Shown one piece after another: positions 34,192-40,994 of a stretch of 40,994 bases of DNA. A program made the position numbers and the translations under genes. Position 1 is the first letter of the stretch; each line of letters begins with the position of its first letter. The notes under the pieces are model-generated. The model was not told where the DNA came from. It made no database searches and worked only from the letters and a program-made list of their open reading frames with translations. The stretch is from an uncultured Candidatus Saccharibacteria bacterium. Lineage in GTDB: Bacteria; Patescibacteriota; Saccharimonadia; Saccharimonadales; 2-12-FULL-41-12. The stretch spans positions 630,427-671,420 of the forward strand of contig CAMTYB010000001.1 in assembly GCA_947085855.1 (NCBI GenBank), read 5' to 3'.

Positions 34192-36006
34192 TTAGTTTAC
34201 GCTCGTGACTCGCAATATTTCTTCAATACTTGTTTGGCCACGGAGGGCTTTTATAAAGCCATCGAGCTGCATCTTGATCATACCGCTTTCAATAGCTTCC
34301 TTTTCAATTTCTTCGCTGGTAGCGTTGGCTACGATCAGCTTTTGTACCCCTGTCGAGTTATTAAGAACTTCGTATATTCCGATTCGACCCTTGTAGCCCG
34401 AATGTGTACACGAAGCACACCCTTTTTCACTGGCCTTCCAGAGGTGTTGAATGGTCTTTTCGCTGGTGGCTAGCCCGGTAGTGTTTTTTGCTGCTGCTTT
34501 GCCGTTGGCCTTACCGACCCCACCTTCGAGGGCTTGTTTTTCTAGGTTATGAATATTCTTCATGTCTTGAACACTGGCAATATGAAAGGTCTTAGCGATC
34601 TGCTTCAACTCGGCTTGGTCCGGTTTGTATTGCTCACGGCAATCGATGCATAAGCGCCGCACCAAACGCTGGCCGACTACGGCCCGCACCGTACTGGCAA
34701 TCAAAAATGGTTCGATGCCCATATCGAGTAAGCGTGGTAAACACGTAGCAGCATTATTGGTGTGGAGAGTGGCAAAAACAAGATGGCCAGTCAGAGCGGC
34801 CTGGACGCCAAGACCAGCGGTCTCGCTATCGCGAATTTCGCCAACCATGATGATGTTAGGATCTTGACGCAGCATCGCACGTAATCCGGCTGCAAAGGTC
34901 ATACCAGCCTTTGGATTTACCTGGGTTTGGTTAGCACCTTGAATTTTATATTCCACCGGGTCTTCAATCGTAGAAATATTAACTGAAGGTCGGTTTAAGA
35001 GGCTCAGTACGCTAAATAGGCTGGTTGACTTACCCGAACCGGTCGGACCAGTTACTAGGATCATGCCATGAGGCTGCAAAATAGCTTGGTTAATAACGTC
35101 AAGCGAGGCTCCCCAATATCCAAGTTCTTCTAGCGAAGCTGCTTTGCTGCCTTCATTGAGGATACGCATAACAACTTTTTCGCCCTCGGCAATCGGCAAG
35201 GTAGAAACGCGCAGAGCGTAGACATTGCTGCCGACTTGAATTTTGAAACGGCCGTCCTGAGGTACTCGTCTTTCGTCAATTTTAAGATTACTCAAGATCT
35301 TAATACGGCTTACCAAGGCACTGTGCACCTTTTTAGGCAGCTTATTTGCTTCTTTGAGGATGCCATCAATACGATATCGGACGACCACACTACCATCCCG
35401 CGGTTCAATATGGATGTCACTGGCACTTGCTTTAACAGCATATTCAATAACCAGGTTAACGGTTTGTGCAATTGGTGAGTCCTCGGCAAGATCAGCTTCA
35501 TCGAGTGACTCTTCTTCCTCTTCGTTATCCGGGTCGTCACTTGTCAGTACTTTAGTAAGCTCGCTGCTTGAATTGCCACGATACTGATCAAGCGCTGCTG
35601 AAATGAGCGAGCTGGTGGTAACATGAACTTTCAGATCGGTGCCCAGCTCTTTTTGCAAAAAGTTAAGGGCCTGAACATCGTCTGGGTCTTCCATGGCCAG
35701 CAGTTTGCTGCCCTTGGCATCCACATCGAATAACACAACTCGATACTGCTGAGCTATTCGTTCCGGGATAAGTTTGAGCACGTCGCTTGGAATGTCTTTG
35801 GCGTTCAGTTCCACAAAAGGAATGTCAACTTCTTCGGCGTACAGTTTAGTAAGATCTGTTTCGCTTACAGAGCCGCTATCAATGATGATGTCTTGTAGTG
35901 GTTTTTTTTCGGTCTTAACTTGCTCCCGAAAACTAGTCAGTTGCTCCTTGGTTATTGTTCCGGCTTTTTCGAGCAACTGCTCCACCAGGCTGTCGGATAT
36001 TTTCAT
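34192..36006 (-). CDS. pilB: type IV pilus assembly ATPase PilB (GspE family)
   Basis: T2SSE N-domain, Walker A GPTGSGKST, Asp box, Walker B IIMVGEIRD, His box, and tetracysteine motif (CIDC...CASC). I prefer the ATG at 36006 (MKISDSLVEQLL) over the track start at 36051. Confidence 0.95.
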   Translation of the reverse strand: MKISDSLVEQLLEKAGTITKEQLTSFREQVKTEKKPLQDIIIDSGSVSETDLTKLYAEEVDIPFVELNAKDIPSDVLKLIPERIAQQYRVVLFDVDAKGSKLLAMEDPDDVQALNFLQKELGTDLKVHVTTSSLISAALDQYRGNSSSELTKVLTSDDPDNEEEEESLDEADLAEDSPIAQTVNLVIEYAVKASASDIHIEPRDGSVVVRYRIDGILKEANKLPKKVHSALVSRIKILSNLKIDERRVPQDGRFKIQVGSNVYALRVSTLPIAEGEKVVMRILNEGSKAASLEELGYWGASLDVINQAILQPHGMILVTGPTGSGKSTSLFSVLSLLNRPSVNISTIEDPVEYKIQGANQTQVNPKAGMTFAAGLRAMLRQDPNIIMVGEIRDSETAGLGVQAALTGHLVFATLHTNNAATCLPRLLDMGIEPFLIASTVRAVVGQRLVRRLCIDCREQYKPDQAELKQIAKTFHIASVQDMKNIHNLEKQALEGGVGKANGKAAAKNTTGLATSEKTIQHLWKASEKGCASCTHSGYKGRIGIYEVLNNSTGVQKLIVANATSEEIEKEAIESGMIKMQLDGFIKALRGQTSIEEILRVTSVN

Positions 36007-36182
36007 AGGTGTTCTTAGTATACAAGAAAAAGCACGAGCACTATAGAGCAATCGATTAATGTTTTGTTAATAATCTGGGTCTATAGTTTGGGGCGGAAAG
36101 GGGTAAAGTACTGGGATAAGCACCAGAATTTTAGTATAATTAGGAGACAAAGCAAGTCTGTTATTGGGAGTATGGAGGATAT

Positions 36183-37232
36183 ATGGCTGATAAGACAGTA
36201 GACAAACCGGCAAAGAAAGCTGAAAAATCTGAAAAAGTAGATAAATCACAAACTGAAGCTAAACAAAAAGCACTGGGCCTCGCGCTCGAAACTATCGAAA
36301 AACAATTCGGTAAGGGTTCAATCATGAAACTGGGAGAATCTCACAAGGTTCAGGTTGAAACAATACCAACTGGTAGCCTAAGTCTTGATATTGCCCTGGG
36401 CGGCGGTATCCCGAAGGGCCGCATCATTGAAATTTACGGTCCAGAAAGCTCGGGCAAGACCACGCTTACCTTGCATGCAATTGCAGAAATTCAAAAGCGG
36501 GGTGGCTCGGCTGCATTTATTGATGCTGAGCACGCACTCGATCCAGCGTATGCAAAGCGACTTGGCGTAGATACTGACAATCTTTTGATTTCACAGCCAG
36601 ACAATGGCGAACAAGCTCTAGAAATTGCTGAAACATTAGTCCGTAGCAGCGCCGTAGATTTAATTGTTGTTGACTCGGTTGCAGCGCTTGTACCGCGGGC
36701 CGAAATCGAAGGCGATATGGGTGATTCGCACATGGGCTTACAAGCACGACTCATGAGTCAGGCACTCCGTAAGTTAACCGGTGTCATTAATCGTTCAAAC
36801 ACCACAGTTATTTTCATTAACCAGATCCGTATGAAAATTGGCGTTATGTTCGGTAATCCAGAGACCACAACTGGCGGTAATGCACTTAAGTTCTATGCTT
36901 CCGTTCGAATGGATATTCGTCGTATTTCACAAATTAAGCAAGGTGACGAGGTCATTGGCAATCGAGCACGCGTTAAAGTTGTCAAAAACAAAGTTGCTCC
37001 ACCGTTCCGCCAGGCAGAATTTGACATCATGTATAACAGGGGTATTTCTAAGTCTGGTGACATTGTAGATTTAGGAGTTACTCACAATATTGTTGAGAAA
37101 TCTGGCGCTTGGTTTGCTTACAATGGCAGCAAGATTGGCCAAGGTCGAGAGGCAGCCAAAGCCTACTTAGAAGAGAATCCGAGTGTTATGGAGGAGATTG
37201 CTGGCAAGGTACGCACGGCGGTCGAAGAATAG
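36183..37232 (+). CDS. recA: recombinase RecA
   Basis: [19 protein letters not shown] and [10 protein letters not shown], plus L1/L2 loop regions. GGAGGA SD upstream. Confidence 0.98.
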   Translation: MADKTVDKPAKKAEKSEKVDKSQTEAKQKALGLALETIEKQFGKGSIMKLGESHKVQVETIPTGSLSLDIALGGGIPKGRIIEIYGPESSGKTTLTLHAIAEIQKRGGSAAFIDAEHALDPAYAKRLGVDTDNLLISQPDNGEQALEIAETLVRSSAVDLIVVDSVAALVPRAEIEGDMGDSHMGLQARLMSQALRKLTGVINRSNTTVIFINQIRMKIGVMFGNPETTTGGNALKFYASVRMDIRRISQIKQGDEVIGNRARVKVVKNKVAPPFRQAEFDIMYNRGISKSGDIVDLGVTHNIVEKSGAWFAYNGSKIGQGREAAKAYLEENPSVMEEIAGKVRTAVEE

Positions 37233-37261
37233 TAAGTCGCATTACGCGCTCCAGAGACATT

Positions 37262-37867
37262 GTGAAAGTCACGCGCATTGCAGCCCAAGTCAAAGATAAA
37301 AATCGCTACTCAATCTACGTAGACGATAGCTTCGCCTTTGGAATCAGTGAAAGCGGTTTGCTCAAAGCTGGCCTGCGGCTCGAACAAGAGCTGACAGCCG
37401 AAGAGTTGGCTGACTATAAAAAAGATGCCGCCGACGACAAGCTGTATAACCAAGTGCTAGCATTACTCATGCGGCGCCCACGTAGTGAGTGGGAACTTAA
37501 AACATATCTGAAGCGAAAACAAATCCCAGAAGAGGAAATTGATCCCTTGTTGGGTGAGTTACGGCAAAAGGGATACGTTGATGATGAAGATTTTGCTCGT
37601 CGGTGGGTAGAGAATCGACGTCTTCTAAAAACAATCAGCCAGCGCAAGTTGCAACTAGAGTTGAAGCAAAAACGGGTCAGCGACGATATCATTAGGAGTG
37701 TTATGGCTGAGGATGAAACGCGCGACATAGACGTATTGCGAGAAGAGGTGCAGAAAAAACGCAAACAGACTCGTTACCAAGATAATGATAAGCTCATGCA
37801 GTATTTGGCCCGACAAGGCTATCGATATGAAGATATAAAAGCGGCTTTAGCTGGCGATACTGGGTGA
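37262..37867 (+). CDS. recX: recombination regulator RecX
   Basis: Lies directly downstream of recA with three-helix repeat character (ELKTYLKRKQIPEEEIDPLLGELRQKGYVDDEDFARRWVENR..., LMQYLARQGYRYEDI). The GTG at 37262 is the first plausible in-frame start after the recA stop. The track start at 37109 lies inside recA. Confidence 0.8.
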   Translation: MKVTRIAAQVKDKNRYSIYVDDSFAFGISESGLLKAGLRLEQELTAEELADYKKDAADDKLYNQVLALLMRRPRSEWELKTYLKRKQIPEEEIDPLLGELRQKGYVDDEDFARRWVENRRLLKTISQRKLQLELKQKRVSDDIIRSVMAEDETRDIDVLREEVQKKRKQTRYQDNDKLMQYLARQGYRYEDIKAALAGDTG

Positions 37868-38371
37868 CGTTGCTTGAGCCCGACTTTTCTCGATTGGCTC
37901 TTCTATGACAACGCGTCGATTAGTCACTTCAATAATTTGCGTACGGTCAATGCTCATGCTGCCGCTATTGAAGCTGCGAACAAGCGGCTGACTAGCGTAT
38001 AGCTTCTTGATATAAAAACTTTCTGTTTCAAAGGCAAAGTCATTAATTTTTCCATACGACTTGCCACTTTGCGAGGTGACCTTTAGGCCGTTAAGAGTAA
38101 AATCAAGTTCCAAAATCTCTTTGTGTCGAACTAACTCGTCAGGCTCACTCAAGACCTCATGATCGTTAACGGCAAAGCCTTGGGGGAGGATATCGCGAAT
38201 ATCTTGAGTTAAGAGGATGAGCTGATGTTTGCTGATACTATCCTGGACGTACCAGCCTTCTATAAATAGGTTGTGTGGATTGATGATAGCGCTCACAATT
38301 GTAGCGACCTGTCCGCCGGTTCTCAGGGACATAACAGGACTGCCTGGTGTAGATTCGTACAACTTAAGCAT
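37847..38371 (-). CDS. hypothetical protein, possibly tandem PRC-barrel-like
   Basis: 174 aa. Two segments resemble PRC-barrel beta-strand patterns (VMSLRTGGQVATIVSAIINPHNLFIEGWYV; GKSYGKINDFAFETESFYIKKLY). This is a weak call made by eye. TATAAT lies 11 nt upstream of the ATG on the minus strand. Confidence 0.45.
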   Translation of the reverse strand: MLKLYESTPGSPVMSLRTGGQVATIVSAIINPHNLFIEGWYVQDSISKHQLILLTQDIRDILPQGFAVNDHEVLSEPDELVRHKEILELDFTLNGLKVTSQSGKSYGKINDFAFETESFYIKKLYASQPLVRSFNSGSMSIDRTQIIEVTNRRVVIEEPIEKSRAQATSPSIAS

Positions 38372-38401
38372 TAGATATTAGTATTATAGTACTATGATGG
38401 C

Positions 38402-38869
38402 ATGACTGCTAACGAGCCAGTGACTATTGAAACTACCAGCGCGACCGAAACTCAGGCATTTGCCGAAAATCTAGGGCAGCAACTTCGTGGTGGAGAAACA
38501 ATTGAGCTTATTGGTGATGTTGGTGCTGGCAAAACGACTTTCGTAAAAGGTCTGGCTCGAGGCGTTGGTAGTTCCGATCGAGTCAGTAGTCCAACATTTA
38601 CCGTTAACAATGTATATGCTGGCAAAAAATTCTCACTGTACCACTACGATTTTTATCGTCTCGATGATTACGAAATTATTGCTCGCGAACTGGGTGAAAC
38701 CCTTGTCGAAGGCAAGGCTGTTGTGGTGATGGAGTGGACGGAAGAGCTAGAGAGTCGGCTACATGACCGACTGAGAATTTCCATTGAGCCAAGTAGCGAA
38801 TCGGAATCGGGACGCATCCTGAAGATCTGGTTGCCACATAGTTATGAGTACATCATTTTGCCAACGTGA
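38402..38869 (+). CDS. tsaE: tRNA t6A37 biosynthesis ATPase TsaE
   Basis: GDVGAGKTTFVKGLARGVG, VSSPTFTVNNVY and YHYDFYRL. Confidence 0.9.
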   Translation: MTANEPVTIETTSATETQAFAENLGQQLRGGETIELIGDVGAGKTTFVKGLARGVGSSDRVSSPTFTVNNVYAGKKFSLYHYDFYRLDDYEIIARELGETLVEGKAVVVMEWTEELESRLHDRLRISIEPSSESESGRILKIWLPHSYEYIILPT

Positions 38870-38885
38870 TAGCATAAAAGCAGCC

Positions 38886-39287
38886 ATGATTCTTACAATA
38901 CGAACCGATAAACCAGAAGCTGAGGTCGGCTTTTTTGACGAAACCAGCACAAAGTTAGCCTATAAAACGTGGCAAGCTCATCGCGCGCTAAGCGCCACTA
39001 TTCATGTCTCAATCCAGGAATTATTGGATCAACTTAATGCATCATGGGACGACATCTCAGGGGTTATTTATTTTCAAGGACCAGGCAGTTTTACTGGGTT
39101 GCGAATTGGGGCAGCCGTAGCTAACGCGTTAGCAGCCGGCAATGCTATAGCCCTTACCAACGAGCAGGGCTCAGACTGGATTCGGGATGGGATAGAAAAT
39201 CTGCAAAAGAGAGGTCAGACTGCTTCACCAGAAGTGGCGGTGCCGGAATATGGTGCTGAGCCATTTACGACGCAGCCAAAAAAGTAA
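38886..39287 (+). CDS. tsaB: TsaB-like protein, shortened (133 aa)
   Basis: MILTIRTD..., GPGSFTGLRIGAAVANALA, and a C-terminal PEYGAEPF resembling the YeaZ C-terminal motif. I prefer the ATG at 38886 over the track start at 38844, which overlaps tsaE. Confidence 0.75.
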   Translation: MILTIRTDKPEAEVGFFDETSTKLAYKTWQAHRALSATIHVSIQELLDQLNASWDDISGVIYFQGPGSFTGLRIGAAVANALAAGNAIALTNEQGSDWIRDGIENLQKRGQTASPEVAVPEYGAEPFTTQPKK

Positions 39288-39317
39288 ATAAAATTGAAAA
39301 ATGTGTGGTGCTTACCC

Positions 39318-39346
39318 TTGCAACTGCCTAAAATCAGCCGTATAGT
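39318..39346 (+). promoter_or_regulatory. candidate rny promoter
   Basis: TTGCAA (39318..39323), 17 nt, then TATAGT (39341..39346). Confidence 0.55.
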
Positions 39347-39541
39347 TTAGAATGTAGTCAATTAAATCTGACTTTATTGATTTTTACCATAATAAATAGT
39401 TATATTCACTACTGTTTTCGGGAGATGACTGAGTAACTGAAGTTTGCGCTAATGAAGTGATAGTGATCGCGCAGATCAAGCCAGCTCCATACAAAACGTA
39501 TGCTCATACCCGTCAGCAGGTAGCTGATAGAAGGGAAGTGT

Positions 39542-40994
39542 ATGGATCCAATTACCATCGTTTTAGCGTTGGCTGGTCTTGGTATTGGCTTTGGAGCGAG
39601 TACTGTGGTCACCAAACGTAAAATAGGCAGCGTCGAAGAGCAGGCCGACAAAGAACTCAAAAAAGCTAAAAAGGATGCCGAGAAGCTCTTGCAGCAATCT
39701 CGTGATGAAGCGCATCAAATTGCGGAAGCAGCTCGAAAAGATGAAAAGGCTCGTCGCAACGAAATTAAAGATATTGAATCGCGTTTATTATCTCGAGAAG
39801 AATCACTTGATAAAAAATTAGACTCACTCGACAAGCGCAACGAAAATCTTCGTAAAAGTGAAGATGAGGTCGAAGGTCTTAAAGATGAAATCCGGGCTAT
39901 CCGCGGCAAACAACAAGATAAGCTAGAAAAGATTGCCAAGCTCAGCAAGGCTGAAGCAGCTGAAAAATTGATGGCTATGACCGAGCGTGATATCAAGAAT
40001 GACTTAACTTCACTGGTTGTGAAGCTACAAAATGACGCGAAAGACTTAGCAGAAGAAAAAGCTGCTGTGATTATCACCGAAGCTATGGAACGCATGGCGA
40101 GTGAAGTAACTGCCGAGCGAACTGTTACATCAGTCAAACTAGAAGACGAAGAGATGAAAGGTCGCATCATTGGCAAGGAAGGCAGAAACATCCAAGCGCT
40201 CCAACGGGCTACTGGTGTTGACATCATGGTTGACGATACACCGGGCATGATCATCCTGAGCTCATTCGATCCAGTCCGCCGTGAAGTTGCTCGAATTGCT
40301 CTGGAAATGCTGCTGAAAGACGGCCGGGTGCACCCAGGTCGCATAGAAGAAGTTATCGTTAAAGCCCAGAAGCAAGTTCAAAAAGACGTTATGCGAACGG
40401 CTGAAGATGCCGCTCGCGAAGTCGGTATTGTCGGTATTCCAAAAGAGATTTTGCAGTACCTTGGTGAACTCAAATTCCGTACCAGCTATGGCCAAAATGT
40501 GCTTAAGCACAGTACAGAAATGGCGCACATGGCGGGTGTTATTGCCGAGCAAATCGGTGCAGATACCAAGACAGTAAAATACGCTGCCTTGCTGCACGAC
40601 ATGGGTAAAGCCCTCAGTCACAAAGTTGAAGGTAAGCACCACCACATTGGTGCCGAAATTGCTCGTAAGTATGGTGTTCCTGAAAATGTCTGCCATGCTA
40701 TCGAAGCTCACCACGACGACGTCGAAGCCACTACGCTTGAAGCTCTTGTAGTGCGTGTGGTGGATGCAATTAGTGCCGCCCGCCCGGGTGCTCGTAACAT
40801 TAGTGCCGAAAACTTTGCCGAGCGTATGCGTGACCTAGAAAATGTCGCAACTGGCTTTACTGGTGTAGAAAAAGCCTACGCAATTAGCGCTGGCCGTGAA
40901 GTCCGCGTCTTCGTGAAGCCAACTCAACTGGATGATCTTGGTGCTATCAAATTGGCACGTGATGTTGCTACAAAAATCGAGTCAACCATGCAGT
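39542..40994 (+). CDS. rny: ribonuclease Y, 3'-truncated by the window end
   Basis: Manual translation from the ATG at 39542: MDPITIVLALAGLGIGFGAS (TM anchor), a long coiled-coil, a KH domain (GRIIGKEGRNIQALQRATGVDIMVDD), and an HD domain (LKHSTEMAHMAGVIA...LLHDMGKA...HH). It is absent from the ORF track because it is open-ended. The minus-strand ORFs 39715..40344 and 40262..40714 are its antisense shadows. Confidence 0.93.
   Translation, partial: MDPITIVLALAGLGIGFGASTVVTKRKIGSVEEQADKELKKAKKDAEKLLQQSRDEAHQIAEAARKDEKARRNEIKDIESRLLSREESLDKKLDSLDKRNENLRKSEDEVEGLKDEIRAIRGKQQDKLEKIAKLSKAEAAEKLMAMTERDIKNDLTSLVVKLQNDAKDLAEEKAAVIITEAMERMASEVTAERTVTSVKLEDEEMKGRIIGKEGRNIQALQRATGVDIMVDDTPGMIILSSFDPVRREVARIALEMLLKDGRVHPGRIEEVIVKAQKQVQKDVMRTAEDAAREVGIVGIPKEILQYLGELKFRTSYGQNVLKHSTEMAHMAGVIAEQIGADTKTVKYAALLHDMGKALSHKVEGKHHHIGAEIARKYGVPENVCHAIEAHHDDVEATTLEALVVRVVDAISAARPGARNISAENFAERMRDLENVATGFTGVEKAYAISAGREVRVFVKPTQLDDLGAIKLARDVATKIESTMQ

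Noticed and set aside
36007-36182. A search for a LexA/SOS (Cheo-type GAAC-N4-GTTC) box upstream of recA.
   Set aside because: No such motif is present in the spacer. The only CGAACGTTCG-like palindrome in the window is at about 18741..18752, far from any SOS gene and with no spacer.
39409-39660. An 83-aa minus-strand ORF spanning the rny start.
   Set aside because: It overlaps the rny TM-anchor coding region and the AT-rich leader. No motif and no SD or promoter context.
39715-40714. Two long minus-strand ORFs (209 aa and 150 aa) over the last kilobase.
   Set aside because: They are the antisense shadow of the open-ended RNase Y gene (KH and HD motifs on the plus strand). The 209-aa product is Ser/Arg-rich low complexity.
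1-40994. A scan for CRISPR arrays, rRNA, IS elements or transposases, toxin-antitoxin pairs and known defence genes.
   Set aside because: I could see no regularly spaced repeats, no rRNA-like segments, no transposase, integrase or recombinase motifs, and no nuclease, ATPase or other enzyme combinations typical of defence islands. The window is mostly core housekeeping plus the pilus locus.

Overview
The window is a gene-dense fragment of a small bacterial chromosome using the standard genetic code (TAA, TAG and TGA all terminate recognisable genes). The compact housekeeping proteins, nucleotide-salvage-type enzymes and secretin-less type IV pilus locus would fit a Saccharibacteria/CPR-like or other reduced monoderm genome, but that taxonomic call is inference only.

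Gene order:
- a partial membrane protein and tRNA-CAU on the minus strand
- an orphan ORF, then NUDIX and a histidine phosphatase on the minus strand
- tilS-ftsH-murJ-lepA
- two guanylate-kinase-like paralogs flanking a small membrane protein
- CIRCE-hrcA-grpE-orphan, then CIRCE-dnaK-dnaJ
- a micro-ORF, then a RimK-associated protease-like gene, rimK and a DUF192 gene
- a membrane protein and a Pro/Thr-rich ORF
- tRNA-Lys, a GC-rich spacer, then a CsoR-type cassette (DUF4396-csoR-DUF305)
- a menorin/DUF2181-like gene and a HIT-like gene
- yebC-ruvC-(HD hydrolase)-ruvA-ruvB and a bPH_2 membrane protein
- a ~10 kb type IV pilus locus: pilMNO plus a small ORF, three prepilin-like genes, pilA, pilC, pilB
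- recA-recX, a PRC-barrel-like ORF, tsaE, a mini-tsaB and a 3'-truncated rny

I see no rRNA, CRISPR array, transposase or integrase, and no recognisable defence or toxin cassette, so I cannot point to a clear new system. The best leads are:
- the pilus locus with two ~525-aa prepilin-like proteins, candidate tip or adhesin proteins
- a CsoR operator and cassette with no copper ATPase, followed by a mostly-eukaryotic-type menorin-like gene
- an anomalous GC-rich non-coding block after tRNA-Lys
- twin guanylate-kinase-like paralogs with GKD P-loops
- twin CIRCE operators with the -35 box built into the spacer
- a window-wide TATAAT-N6-11-start (leaderless-type) promoter architecture

All product calls come from motifs read by eye in the supplied translations. 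No searches were run.
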